Positions 13,262 to 27,400 of a DNA stretch of 64,000 bases are shown piece after piece. The stretch lies in the NCBI GenBank assembly GCA_051294905.1, contig CM119378.1, positions 3,102,001 through 3,166,000 of the forward strand, read 5' to 3'. The translations under genes were made by a program, and so were the position numbers. Below the pieces are notes generated by a model. It was not told the DNA's origin, did no database searches, and was given only the letters and a program-made list of their open reading frames with translations. The DNA is from Botryllus schlosseri (taxonomy: Eukaryota). Position 1 is the stretch's first letter. Each line of letters starts with the position of its first letter.

Positions 13262-16200
13262 ATGATCGGAAGATTGATTACGGCGTTTTTACTGGTTGCT
13301 TACGCTCAAGGTGGGTATCAAGTTCATTATTGTCACCAGAATTTCGAAATGCTCAATTGTTCATCGCTGTTTTGTATCTTGGAAATGTGGACGTCGGCAG
13401 CATGGCCTCTCTTCTAAATTTGTAATAGCAGATGGTGAAATTTTGTGGTTTTAGATTTCTTTATATGACAAAGGCTCGAAATTCATGCTCATCCAAAGGA
13501 ATTTTACAAATCGAAGCGCAGGTCATCATATGCGTCAGCTGGCAATCGACCCATGAGATAGACCGTGTATCAAAGGATACAGTTTGCGTTTATATATTCT
13601 GCCATTTTTGTGGGCTGACATTATTTGCCAATTAGCATTAAATGCTATCAGTCCTCTGGTATATCATACGGTTCCCTCTCCTAAATTTGACATTTCAAAA
13701 GTCGTTGTATCCAAAGAAAAACAGTCATCAAGTATATGCTTCTAACTTTCCTCATTAGCAGCCCCGTGACTGGTTAAACACGACTACGAAACTGTGAAAT
13801 AGGTATACAATACACACTGGTCATTGCTGACTCAAGGGCATTCCAGAATGACTGGTTGCCAATGCCGATTGTACTGGAATTTTGAAGACATCGCCAAGAC
13901 GCCTTTGCATTGGCGTGGATAATGTATGGCATCTCCTGTCTCCGCCAGTGCTAAAACCATGCAAACATATTCGGCGAAATTTATTTATTGCATCATCAGT
14001 TATTGTGTACTGTATACGTACAGTACAGGACACGTGCATTCGCGCGTCGAATGTCAAAACAATGTAAGAGTATCAGTCTTTGTTTTGAGTCCTGGGCGCT
14101 GAGCTCATGTTATTTGTTGATGTCTAATGCATATATGCTATTCTTCAGTTCGCGATGGCTGGTGCAATCCATAGAATAGGCGTAAAACTTCTACTTTACG
14201 TAAATGACCACGTGACACTTAGCATACAAAGAAAATATTCCACAGTATATTGCCTCCACATTACCGCCTTTACAAGCTCCGAAATCTTAACCTGCACATA
14301 GTGCACAAGCAATACATGATATGGAACTTTCCACAGCTTACCTTAAACTCTCGGTATATCCGTCTTACTCATATATTTATTGAGATACATTTAATTTTCA
14401 GCAGCAAGTGCTGAAGCATGTGGCAAGACTGTTACTCTCGACCATCCCGAGACGGGTGGCACAATGGAGATGCACGATGAACATGGAGGGCTGGAATGTC
14501 TGCAAATTGTCATACCTGAAAACGATAAAACTTTGGGCATGCTGCTCAAGCTTGGAGGCGATATATCCCTCCCGAAAGGCGACGATATGTCACGCATTTA
14601 CGGTAAGATAGTTGCCTACACAACCCAGCTGCTACTGTATAAAAAAAAAAACAGAATTATATCATATTGTTTCAATTCTCCAGGCTTTGAAAGCGAACTG
14701 CCGTGTAACGACTCTGCAGTTCCTTGCTGTCTGATATTGACCTTCAGCAAGTCCTGCAGCGTGTGGAAAGAGAAACTATACGGCGAGTGTCTTGGGCGAG
14801 TCGATATGAAGATGATTCATGGAAATACGTCAATGGCGTTGCCTCGCGCTGAGACATCCAGATCAGAGCGCAACAGCTCCGATGCATCTGCTTCTGTCGA
14901 GTACAAGTACATTAGCGATTATGACGGGATATTGCTAGATTGCTCCGGTAAGTAAGCTCCCAAAACATGATTGATAGGATAATGCTTGATTGTTCCGTTT
15001 CGTATTGAAACATCACTATACTACGAGGTCCTGCTGGTACACCCTTTCCACGCCAACTATATACAATACCGATTCGTTTGGGCCGTTGATTTGCGTCACA
15101 TGAATAGGTTTACGGTTTTAAATTAGTCATTTACTCAGCGAAGACAGGAAGAATCGAAAAATAGTCGCCAATAGAATATTTCCCATGACCGCCTGACTAT
15201 GGACTACGATTGTTTTACAAATATCGAGCACTGCAGATAGCCTAGGTATGACGTCAAAGCAACACGAGATGCAGTAAAAGGCTTTGTTTTACACTTAGGG
15301 TGGACGCCAGTTGGACTTACATTGTCTACCATTAGTTCAAATCGGAGACTATCAGAGATCGGCTCAATGTAATGTGGCCGCTTGAATGGTGCCTGAATTT
15401 TCGAATTATCTTTTAGACTTGGACCATTTTAACGTCGTATTTGGATTTTCAATCTATATCAAGTATTTTGGAGTCGGAATAGCTCTTAAATTACTACTAT
15501 CACAGTAGATCGATTTGCTTCCATCTCTCTGCGTATTCACAAAATGGAATCACTCATAAGGGTTGCATTTAAAACAAAAATCAATTTAAAACAAACAAGT
15601 TTAAAAGATATTTTTTATTGTGTTTTTTTGGGTTTTTTTTGTTGTTTTTTAAGCCATGACGTCCCGAATATTCAATTGTGACGTCATATTGGATTGGCAA
15701 ATATACGGTAAATATAGCTCCTTTGACGAAACATCTACGTACTATAGCTGTTGTACCGATGATTTTGAGGGTTCCAACCATCCCATATCGTATACGTCGG
15801 TATCATCGGGTGGTATATTGTCTGTAGGCTCATACAACATGTGTTTTGGAAGGTATTTACACAATTATGGCATAATTTTACAACTAAAAAAAACATACTT
15901 TTTTTTTAAATGCATACTACTCATAACGGCGATAACTTCCTTCGACAGATAGAACGCCTCCTCCTACCTTCGAGACCACATCCGAAGACAACCAATCGGT
16001 GACACTCGAAAACTCTGCCAATGGTAAGAAATAGCGTGCATTATGGCCATAGTCGATAAATATCTGAACTGCGATAGGATTTTAGAACAAACTTTTTTGA
16101 GCCCATGTGCCTTTTATGGCCATTGCCCATGTATCTATCGCTTACATCGACAAAGCAATGAAGGTTTCAGGTAAACTGATATAAGTGAAGCAGTGCAACC

Positions 16201-17278
16201 ACTGAAATGTATTCTCGGTCCAAGAACACAACAATATCAAAGCGTGTTTATATATCATTATGTCCCATTGGCATCATCCCGCTCTACATTCAACTATTTA
16301 TCGCGAGAGAACCTATTGATATATTATTCCTACCAAGAATATATAGTCTTAGAATTTTATCCTATTAGCAGTAAGGCTACTATCAAAATATTTATATATA
16401 TGACATCCATTGATTAGAAGCAACTGTTTCCGATTTCAAAACTGCTCTGGGCAGTGCTCCACCATCATCTTCAGCTTCAACGCAAACAAGACATACTCTT
16501 CAAGAAAACACAATGCTTGACGGAACAGGTGCCACCAAAGAATTGCTTCAGGAAAACACTCCAGCGGCAGGTATGATTTGTCTATAATCCACTTTAAAGT
16601 ATTTGGCGCCATAGTTAGCCATATATTTTCTAATTCAGACTCACCTCATACCGAGCACACAACGGAGAGTGAGACAATGTTTTTCAATAGATTTTCGCCC
16701 AAAGTTAGATGGAGTTCGCCAGACGAGGGAACACTGCGCGTCCATATTGCCCCGACAACAGGTATGTGATATCTACTGCAAGTTAATATAGAGCTATAGT
16801 TTTATGAAACCATGTTGCTCTAATCACAGAAGTAAATTGTGACACTTGTAAGACTCGATATGAAGTATTGTAGAATGTTAAGGCCATACGTAATACGTAT
16901 TGATTATATAGCAGGCCCTCTGTTTTGCAGAAAAGGAAATAGCTCGGGGGATCAATCGCGCGAACGAAACGGCTTGTATTGTGATCATCGTTGGCGCTGT
17001 TATGGTCATCCTTGGTTTGATCTTTCTTGCTGTTCGAATTTATACACGTAAAAGGTTCGTAAGCAATCTTATGGATGATGTGTAATTGTGTAGACGCAAT
17101 CTGCGCATCCTATGCTGGTTCATATCCGACCTTTCTTTTCTCGGCATGTATATGATGCCAAACGACACACATTTAAATTATTATAGATTATGAACGTTAA
17201 ATTACCAAAGATTTCCATTTCCCAAGGAATAACCCATCGACGGACCAGAAAAACAATGGAGCGCCCGGCGAATCTTAG
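13262..17278 (+). CDS. Type I membrane receptor paralogue 1 (346 aa predicted; short tail ending at premature TAG)
   Basis: Exons 13262-13310, 14402-14602, 14684-14947, 15949-16023, 16418-16570, 16639-16761, 16931-17054, 17227-17278; all GT-AG and phase-consistent; signal peptide MIGRLITAFLLVAYAQ, Cys domain, S/T stalk, TM IVIIVGAVMVILGLIFLAV; exon-by-exon homology with paralogue 2. Confidence 0.8.
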
Positions 17279-18410
17279 TTGAATAGCTGTATGAGACATG
17301 TATGATCAGTAAGTCTTGGTATTTTATCAAAATGTATTATCGATTTTACAGATACGCAGTATATTTCTTGTTAATAAAAATTGGTGTAGTAGCAGTATCA
17401 TGAAACATAGGATTAAAAAGACGTCTATCCATTTTACTAATTCGCCTCCTACTATTAAGGTAACTGATTATTGTGCTATGATATGTAGTGATGGTCTCGT
17501 AAATTCGCCATTTATACTTTCAGAACGTTACCCTCTGATGTAGTCAAGAGATCCGGAATGGTTCACAGAATGAATAAATCGGCGAGTATACTATCTCGTA
17601 AATCGCGGCGGAAACACAGAGGCCTCTAATGGTATGCAAGAAAATCTACGAACTTCCTGTGTGCGATGGCGAGTGACAGGAGTTCAAATACTCATTTCTC
17701 CGCGTTTGAATCGTAACTGTTTCACTTTGCATTCTTCAGAATGTCCATACTGGTGTGATTTCATGAATATTTTCTAAATCGGTGATATTCTAAAAGTTCA
17801 ATGTAATATAATTCTGCTGTTGTAAATACAGTGTTTGAATATTGTAGTATGTGGCTCAAAACGAAAATTTGGTGACAAAATGTTATGACTTCTATTGCAC
17901 GCGTTAACCTCTTCTGGTATAATCTTTCATGAACCAGGAATTTGATTGGAAATGATTCATGGAGATTTGAGATCTTAAATATATCGACTGGCAGGTCTCA
18001 TACATGCTCGATCCTTGAAGCATACCGTATATACCGTTCGCAGTTGATAGATATTGCTTCCGCGACTCGAAAATTGTGTCCGTACAATCATTATCGTATT
18101 GTATTACAATAATTCATTTGGCATCCAATAAACTTTTCTCGCGATGTAGATATAAGATACATGTGACTTTTAATTGGGTTAGGGAAGAGGAAATGACGAC
18201 AGGAAATATACCAGTACTATCACACCATTGTATTGGAAGGTATCGCGCATATCTAATAGAGCGCGGCAGCGGGATCGTCGACCAAGTTCATGTACAGCAA
18301 GTCAGCAAGTGCGTCGTGTCATCATATTGCATGACATGATCGAGGTAGTTTTCTTCCTAAAAATTAGTTAGCAGGACTCAATATTATATCGACAGATAGA
18401 TAGTTTTGAA

Positions 18411-18908
18411 CAGGGGTGGCCAACCTGCGGCCGTGGAAGGAAATTTCTGCGGCCGTGGACACGTAGTTCCATTAGTATGTGTTGGCGACCGTCGACATGA
18501 AAATTGAATTTACGAATTGACTCCCAAATATTTAGGAGATTTTAATCAACCTTTACATTTTCAATCACATGGGCTGAGAAATGATAAGTGTTTGATGGGA
18601 ATATGTGTAACTACTAATATTAATGACGAAATTCATTCATGAATCTGAAAATTTTCCGCGCTTGGCGCGAATATGACGGATCCAAGGATCTATTCATAAC
18701 ATGACCGACCACTCGCGATTTCGGGGCATATAGTATTCCGATATGAATAAGTAGACTAGTCTGAAGCTCATCGAAAATGTACATGGACAGTTTAAATGGG
18801 TATTTGCCGTCCAGTTTGTTCATTACGAGCTCTGCCCTGGAATGCGGCCTTTGGCCACATGACTAATCGAAATGCGGCCGTGAATACCAAAAAGGTTGGC
18901 CACCCTTG
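18411..18908. mobile_element. hAT-type MITE
   Basis: TIRs CAGGGGTGGCCAACCT / AGGTTGGCCACCCTTG; TSD GTTTTGAA/GTTCAGAA (6/8); related to 23111-23635. Confidence 0.8.
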
Positions 18909-21416
18909 GTTCAGAAAGTACAGCACGCTGTCTGTGTATGCTTATTGTTTATGTTAACGCATGTATTGTACCTGTGTATTGCACAGACAACGGAACGGAA
19001 GTTCAGCATGGATGCATCTCTTATGAGAAACCATGTATTATTTTCTTCAAATTTGAAAATGCCGACGAGTGCTGCAATGCAGTTGCGTATCGCAGTACAG
19101 TAACACAATCGTATCGTATCACGCAGTGGGTTGGATATTTTTCTGTTCTTGTACTTTTAAATGTCGTTGTACGTACGTCGTACATATATACTGAACAGGT
19201 TTGCGTCGTCAGAAAGCAACAGGGTTGTTATTAGCAAGACTTATTACGCACGGAAGCCTTGAAGTTAGTTCGCCATTATGGTATTACAACGGCGGCAAAA
19301 ATGGTTGACTTCAAGTGGAATTATATGAATCCTACATATGCATATGCAAAAGCTTGATAAATCGAATAATTGCATATCGATGGTGAAATAATCTGAATTT
19401 GTTGTGTCGTAAACACGAGCAAAGTCGATGCAAGTTGTCATCTTTTGCCCGTGGACAGTAGTAACTGAACAAGTGAACATGGACATGACTTCCTGCTATT
19501 GTAAGCTGGTGAAACGCATGCAGGCTCGCCACACGTCTCAAAATTTGAAGAAGGGAAGTGATAATATCTCGCAATTATCGGCGATTATGGTAGTATAAAA
19601 CGCAGTATTGGATTATTGACCTCTCGTCAATCACAACAGATGAGTTGGTAATCGGGAATGTTTACATCGCCTGATTAGTATATCAATCTATTTTCTTTTA
19701 GAATTGCAACCCTTGCCGATTTGCTCGCTTAATCAAGCCGGCAGGAATTTGTGATCCAACCACTTGCTAGAATTGGATTCTTTATTTTATTTTGAATCGA
19801 ATTCTTTATTTTCGATCAAAAGCACCTTTCCAATTTGATGATATTCTGTTCATATAGAAACTGATACCAATCATTAGTCAATCCGCATACGATTCGTATA
19901 CGGTCAGGGAGAATCTTTATACAATCACACTCAGCATGAAGATAGGTCACGCGTACTCAATAGCAAACCAATATTCGGGAAATCACCGAGTAACAAACCA
20001 CAGCGCGAAGGTACCACAAGTAGCACTCTGGAAAATTCATGTAGAATTCATTGTTCTAAGAAATAGATATTACGAAGTCATCCAATGTCACAAAAGTCAT
20101 TCTTGTATTGCGTGGTCTATAGACTTGCATCGGGGCCTGCATCGTATAGGCCCCGCTTGCATGCAGCGTAAACTATGGATTTGTATATAGAAAGTTTTAA
20201 CGTAAACCGTCGCATGTTGACTTAATCTCATCTCCATGACGTAGCCATATTAATGCCTGGGCTGAGATATGTAGATCTCATTTACTGTTGATTAAGGAAA
20301 TGAATGTACTCGCAAATTCGCTCCATGCATTCGAAGACCTTAGAACAATTGGTGAGTGTGTGGACTGTGGATCCCTGATGCATACGTTAATATATACTGG
20401 GATCTGGTAAACGATATTGATCAAGAGCAACCAGAATCGTTGGCCAGGAAAGAACGCTGAAATCGATGTGAAGTTAGTCAATGTTGACATGTAGACAATA
20501 TAGTCGACTAGTCGTGGTATATGAACTGAACATTTTCTATTTCCCGCGAAAATTAAAATGAGTCATTATCGCTCATGCTTGGATTGCGCAATGCACTTGT
20601 TTATGGGGATATACTGTTTTGATTCGCTGAAGAGTGTATGGCGGTTACGTAGCGTATATATTGTCGTGCTCATGATGGTGTGAATCTATTACGTATAGTC
20701 CGGCGCTCTCGTTATGGTGATTTGAGAATTCTTCCGCTTCTCAATATTATTACATGAAATCTCCGAATCATTCGTTGTATCGATTGCAATGTATGTAATG
20801 CATGTGAGACTTGCGTATCAACACAGCGCGATCAAATAATTGATAGGTTCGATTTGACCGCCACACATGGTGTGTATTTCCTCAGGTTAGGTGTCGTGTT
20901 TTTGATCGATATAAGAACACCATGACTTTAGGTCTAAGTCTACGGTGAAACACCCAGCAATCTCTCTCTCTCAAGGCGGTTTATACGACGACTAGCATGA
21001 ACCGCTTAAAAGGCTGCGTAGTGCGAATAGACTGCATAATCGTGGCTTCCTCATATCACAGGCTAGTATAAAATACCGAGTGACCTAGTGTGCGAAAATT
21101 GAGGGTTGATCTAGCCTACTTTAAAAACGTATCGTCAAGGCCAATAATTGTTATTATATGCAGACTTATTTTAGCATACTAGTAAATTGACAGGTGCTAC
21201 TGAAAAATATAGACTCAGTAACTCAGGTCAGAAGATCATCTTTGGTCGTATTTTTGCAAGATAGATTATTTCGTTATATGGAATTTCCGAGAGCATGGCA
21301 GATATTGATTTAACAGCTAATTGCATGATTAGAGATTGCAGATTGATTAATTCCATTTTATTCAATTTCAAGTAAGTATCTATAGGTGGACGTAATTATT
21401 ATAGATAATATCAAGA

Positions 21417-24400
21417 ATGATCGGAATATTGATGATTACGATTTTACTGGCCGTGCCCCTTCAAGGTGAGTCACTACACAATTATTCTAATATGTGATTC
21501 GACATTTTTATTTTGTGAATGGGTCCATTGCGATGTATGAGGATTCGGTTGAATTATTATCATTCGAATACGAAAGGGAAATCTGTTTGATTACAATCAT
21601 TCTAAGATTTCGCAATAACCGCAATAACAGGATTCGTTAGGGCAGTCGTCGATTTCCTGTTTCCGACATTCGCGGGTGAAATGTTTCTGCAATAGTAAAC
21701 AGGTCTGTTGCGTAACCATTTGTTTTTGCTCCTTAGCAATGATATCATGTGCCCGATTTCGCACTACTCCATTGGCACCATTTGACGCTTGAATAGAACA
21801 TATTATGCTATCTGTGGCGATCGACTGGTACAACATATAGCGGATGTACTGCATGTACGCAGCACATGGAAAGTCACAGGATACTTCATCCTGTGTGAGA
21901 AATTGTCTGTATTTCACACTGTGTTCAACATTATAATTTGCGGATGACTTAATAAAATGAAATAAATATCAAACCACAACAGCAATTCTATAGAATGTAA
22001 GCTCGTACATCCATAAACAAAGTAAACTGAACAGCGGATATGTATCGTGACATGTTTGCGGGGCTGAATTCAACATCTCGAATCTATGACCCAATCTGTT
22101 CCTCTCGCTAATATGTTATGTTAATGTAATTCTCAGCACCTTTATGCATTGTACTATATGTTTAATTTACAGCAGTTGCCAGCTACGAAGTGTGTGGAAA
22201 AACGATTCCACTCGCCCATGCCGCATCGGGAGGCACAGTGCAAATTTACGACGAGAATGACGACCAACGAACATGCTTGCATGTCGCCCAACCCGAGAAC
22301 AACGACATTTTGGGGGTGATGATTAAACTGCACGGGTCGCAATCCTTCTCGGAAGACACCGATGTGACAAGTGTATCAGGTATGTTGATTACGTTTCAGA
22401 TACCCTGATATTTCGTGAATATTACTATCGCAAGGAACGAGCCAACAACCGAGTGATTTTATCACACTATCAGGATTTTACTTTAAGGACTTCCGACTAC
22501 ATTCATTGCAGTAGAATTTATCAACTCAAAGACTTTTCGTGTGCCCCTTGTCAAGAGTTAACGGCATATACGTATGATATAACTATGACGTATCAATGCA
22601 ATAAAAAAGTAATGCTAGGCAAAGTCAGCTGTTACGATAGTCTCACAAGACAAAGAAACGAGAGAAAATCAAATTATACAATACACGGAAGACGTCACAC
22701 AGACAATTAGCGGTATGTAAATGGAAAATTTCTAAGATTGTACAGAAACTCCTTCTGCCGGCATAAATCATGATTGGTCAATGGTCAATTGTATGATAGA
22801 TGACTCCAATACAGACAAATGGAAAGCAGATCTGCATTTGGCAATCACAATGAACATACCGTCATTGTAATGACTGGCACAGACAGGATAACTCATTAGA
22901 TGTTGACCGATTGATGAATTTAGTGCTTTAACATGGTTATCGGAAGTTAGGAGCCAAAGTCGCTCACTTCTCTACACCTACGAATAAGAGCAGTGGTTCT
23001 CAACCTTTTTTGACACGCGCCCCCCTTGGAGATGGTCAAAAAACTCGCGCCCCCCCCCCCTGACCCCCCTTGCATTTATCGTCATGTCAAAAAGAGCACA
23101 TCATCTAATACAGAGGTGGGCAACGTTTTTGATAATCATGACCGCATTTCGATTGCTTATGTAGCGTAAGGCCGCATTCCAGGGCATAGCCGCAATGAAC
23201 GATCTGGACGCAAAATCCCTACGGTAAACTGTCCATATCCATTCCCGGTGAACTCCGGACTATTCTACATTTCACAATGGCCTATTGTACGCACCGAAAT
23301 CGCGAGTGGCAATGTTATGAATAGTTGCCGGGAGGTGCATATTGTCGCGCGGAGCGCGAAAATTTTTCAGGGCCGCGAACGAATTGCTATTTCTTGCCAA
23401 TTCCCATTCCGGCTCAGATTAAGAAGGGCGCTACTGCATTAAAATAGAAAAATGAAGTCTTGTTGAATTGCGCGGAGGGCGAAGAAAATTTCAAGATTAA
23501 TTAAAATCTCTCGAAAATGCGGGAGTGAATTCGTTATTGCAATTTGCATGTCTACGGCCGCCAACACATACTAATGGAATGAGGCGTCGACGGCCGCTCA
23601 AATTCCCTTCTACGGCTGCAGGCTGCCCACCCCTGATCTAATAGTATACATAAGGTATATCTTACGCCAATTTTGAATCTGCATTCTGTTGAGTCTTTTA
23701 CATTGCTGACAAATTTCTTCAAATTTGTTTGAAAATAACAAAAAACAAGACATCCATTAATTAATTTCAATGTAGGTCACCCTGAGACTAATCCTGATGC
23801 TGGTAGTGAGTACAGAGAGCAAGGCGTCGTTCTGTCCTGCCAGGCTAAATTGGATCAGTTTTCGAAATGAATTAATTGTGTTGATTTATAGCCTAATTGA
23901 TGGCGAAACCGGGCCACCTATGTTGCATCTAAGTCTGTCTTGGGCAGTGCAGTTCGCACGCTACTAACAAGAGCTGCCCAGCGCGACAAGCTTTAGGCTA
24001 CTGTCAAAGCTATGAAGCAATGAATGACTTACACGTGGGAATTGCTCTCTATATCTCCAAAGAATTTCAAAAATTTGCTCAAATGAAGTTGAAATCAGAC
24101 TGTACTCAGTTGAGCGCTGTTGCTAGAGTTTGTATTTTGCAAGCTTTCTTGAATATGGAATAAATTTCATCTTCATTAATCGTCTTCTCATAATGGATGT
24201 GAAACACATGTTCAGACACGTACAATTTATACTGACTTCGTCAATTTCTCGCGCCCCCCCTGAGAGCCTCCCGTGCCCCCCAAGGGGGGCGCGCCCCCCA
24301 GGTTGAGAACCCCTGAATAAGAGCATAACGATCGATAGGTTGATTAACTGACCTCATCGATTTGGTTTTCGTCTGAACCTCTTCGTATATGCTTCTTACT

Positions 24401-27400
24401 GTGCAGTTAACTCTTGATAAGGGGCGCGCAAAAAGTTATTGGGTCAATGAATTCTACTTCAACCAATTTAGTATTAGCAGTATGTAGTAAAGCAATATTC
24501 AAGTTTAATACCGCCAGTCACATATTCGACTATCTGGATTTACGTATGTTTCCGTACATTGTCACTTGGCTATACATCGACAGGCTTTGAAAGCGAACCG
24601 CTGCCGGACGATCCCGAATTTCCGCGCTGTCTGATATTGACCTTCGGCAAGTCCTGCAGCGTTTGGAAAGAAAAACTCAACAGAAAGTGTCGCGGGCGGG
24701 TCGATGTGAAGATGATTCATGGGAATTCGACTATAGAGTTGTTTCGTGGGACCTCGTCAGGATCAGAGGGCGATGAAAGCTCCAACTCATCTACAACTGT
24801 TACATACAAGTACATCACGGTTTACGATGGGATTTTGCTTGATTGTTCCGGTGAGTGTATGTTGGTGGAAGTTAACGTCGTGGATTGGTTCCAGTCCTTA
24901 ATGAGTGTTTGAGCTAACTACGCATTTCGTTTCGATAATTTAGCTATAAGCATTTCTTGTGATCGTAGCAAACTGATGCGTGAGCGACTGTACCACGTGC
25001 GTTACGCTTTGTGTGTGAGCTTATAAGACGAGCCCGCCCTGTTTAATTTGAAGACTTTTCCATTTACTCCCCACCCATCGCGAGATCCATATAGAACATA
25101 TAGTTTGCTTTTAACTTGACAGCGAGCAGCCGTGTGCCCGTGTTGATGTTTCCATTTCATTACAATTCCCGAAGAAAATTATTATTATCGATTCGTGGAT
25201 AACAAGTTAACAACTGCTCCATAATGCAACAATCAATGCCAGTGACATGTTATACAGAAGCTTGTTACGCGTCAAAGTCAAATATTGCTCTGTATATGTT
25301 CCGCGGTCGATGGTGTTAAGCGCAGATATACCGATATAACCGCCATCCCAGGGCTTTAATATTGGACTTTTGTCTACAATTAACGATTGCTTTTGTTTGT
25401 GATTTAGTTATGACAACTGAAAGTTCTCTGTCATCCACCGCGGCAGCTCAAACCAAGGAAATGCTTCAAGAAAACACCAGTATTACCGAAGCAGGTATGG
25501 TTTATCTATTTACAATCGGAGCCACTTTAATCGATATGCATGGTGCGATCTCTTATTAAGATACGCCTCATTCTGAGAACAACACGCCAGGAATGGAGAA
25601 CCAGACAATGATGTCGGATAGGCATTCGCCAAAATTTGGATGGACTTCAACAATTACGGTGCCTACGACCGTCCGAAATATCTCGACACCAGGTTTGTGT
25701 GACGTTAGTGTCCAACCGTTACGCAGCAATACACATCTCTTAGGTTAATTGACCCAATATCGGTCGCAATTAAGTAGGGCTAGGCACAATCATTCGAGTA
25801 CTCGAACATGAATCGAGTATTAATTTTAAGGATTCGAATCGAGTAGTAAAAGACGATTTTTTTCGAGTACTGACATTATACGCTCCTCGCAACTGAAAGT
25901 TAATTTACTAACGTGAATTATAGTCTGGATACTATTTTTCACTGGGGAAGCCTTGAAACCTTGATTGGCCGTGTCGCAGCATACGAAACATAGTACAAAG
26001 CTACGATTGTTACTGGAAATAACACATTTACGAAGTCATGATCATCCCACAACATTCTCAAGAAGTGCAATGAAATCGGCATGGTCGAAAAATACCGAAG
26101 TATCTTTCATGTGACGGATAACTGGCATTCTGTTCTTTATGGTGGGATAAAAGAAACATATTTGAATTTTGATATAGTGCATTATGTTTTGACGTCATAA
26201 TGAGTGGGACTCGAATACTGGAATCGACTCGAGGCGTAATATACGTGATTCAGAATCGAAACACTCAGGTACTCGATTTTGCCCAGCCCTACCATTAAGT
26301 CAATTAATAAAACAGTCGAGGCGAAGCCTTGCTGCCTAGACCTCAAATCAAACACGGAAGCATACACCGTTGTGTTGATCAGTCACACAAAAATACGAGA
26401 AGTTATCGTGAATGTGTGACATTTCCGATCTGCAAATTAAGTAGCTAAGACCAACTCGTGCAGTGCGCATGTTCTCGCTGTTTGCATCAGACAAGATTTC
26501 GGGCGGTACGGGCAACTTGCATACTAAAAATCATGGTTTTGAGCACGAATATTTGCCGCAATTTTGCACCGAAAGGGACTGCAATTTAATGCCAATGTTC
26601 GTCGTCGCTGTACACAGTAACGCTTCCCATGTCCGATATTGTAAAGCGATGTCTTCTGATGTTTTTTTTTATTAATAATCTACAGAATGGGACTTTAAAT
26701 CGTGGCAATTTTGAAAATCTTCAAATTTTTGACAACCCTGTTCTATATATTATATATCCCACCCTGTCTAATGTATTACTCAGTGGACGTAAGCAATGAC
26801 AAACTGAGACAATTGAAATGATGCCAACTCCACTCTAAACAACCGCATTTTGCAAAGAGCTATCTTTCATGCAGTGTCATGAACGAAATTCTCGAACAGG
26901 CTATATACACTGGTTATTGAGCTTTCTCCTTTCTTCTGTAGAAAATGAAGTTACATATGTGATGATTCGCCCGGACGAAACGGATTCCACATCTGCCGTT
27001 GTCATTATTATTATTGCGGTTGTTGTTGTGGTTGTTGTCGCCGTCGCGATTGCAGTAGCTGTTCTAATCAAGAAAAAATGTGGAAGGTTCGTACAAGCAA
27101 TTATGGAAGATTATTGATAGTATGTGACACGTAGGAAATATTTACTGTTTAATATTAGACTTGATTCCCCAAGACGACTGAAGATAAAACTTGTAACATA
27201 ACACCATTACTCAGTTTACGCTTCCATAGCCCTAACCTTGAATGACGGGGTTGAGGATAGGTATATTTATAAAACGAGACGATCAGGTCCCTATGTCAGT
27301 AAAGATTTATTCTGGTACAAGGGTCTGCAGCCATTTTTGACAAGCTAGAAATAACCAACTGGTGGAAACCGTGGGACGCACATAAGCTTACTTGTAGTTA

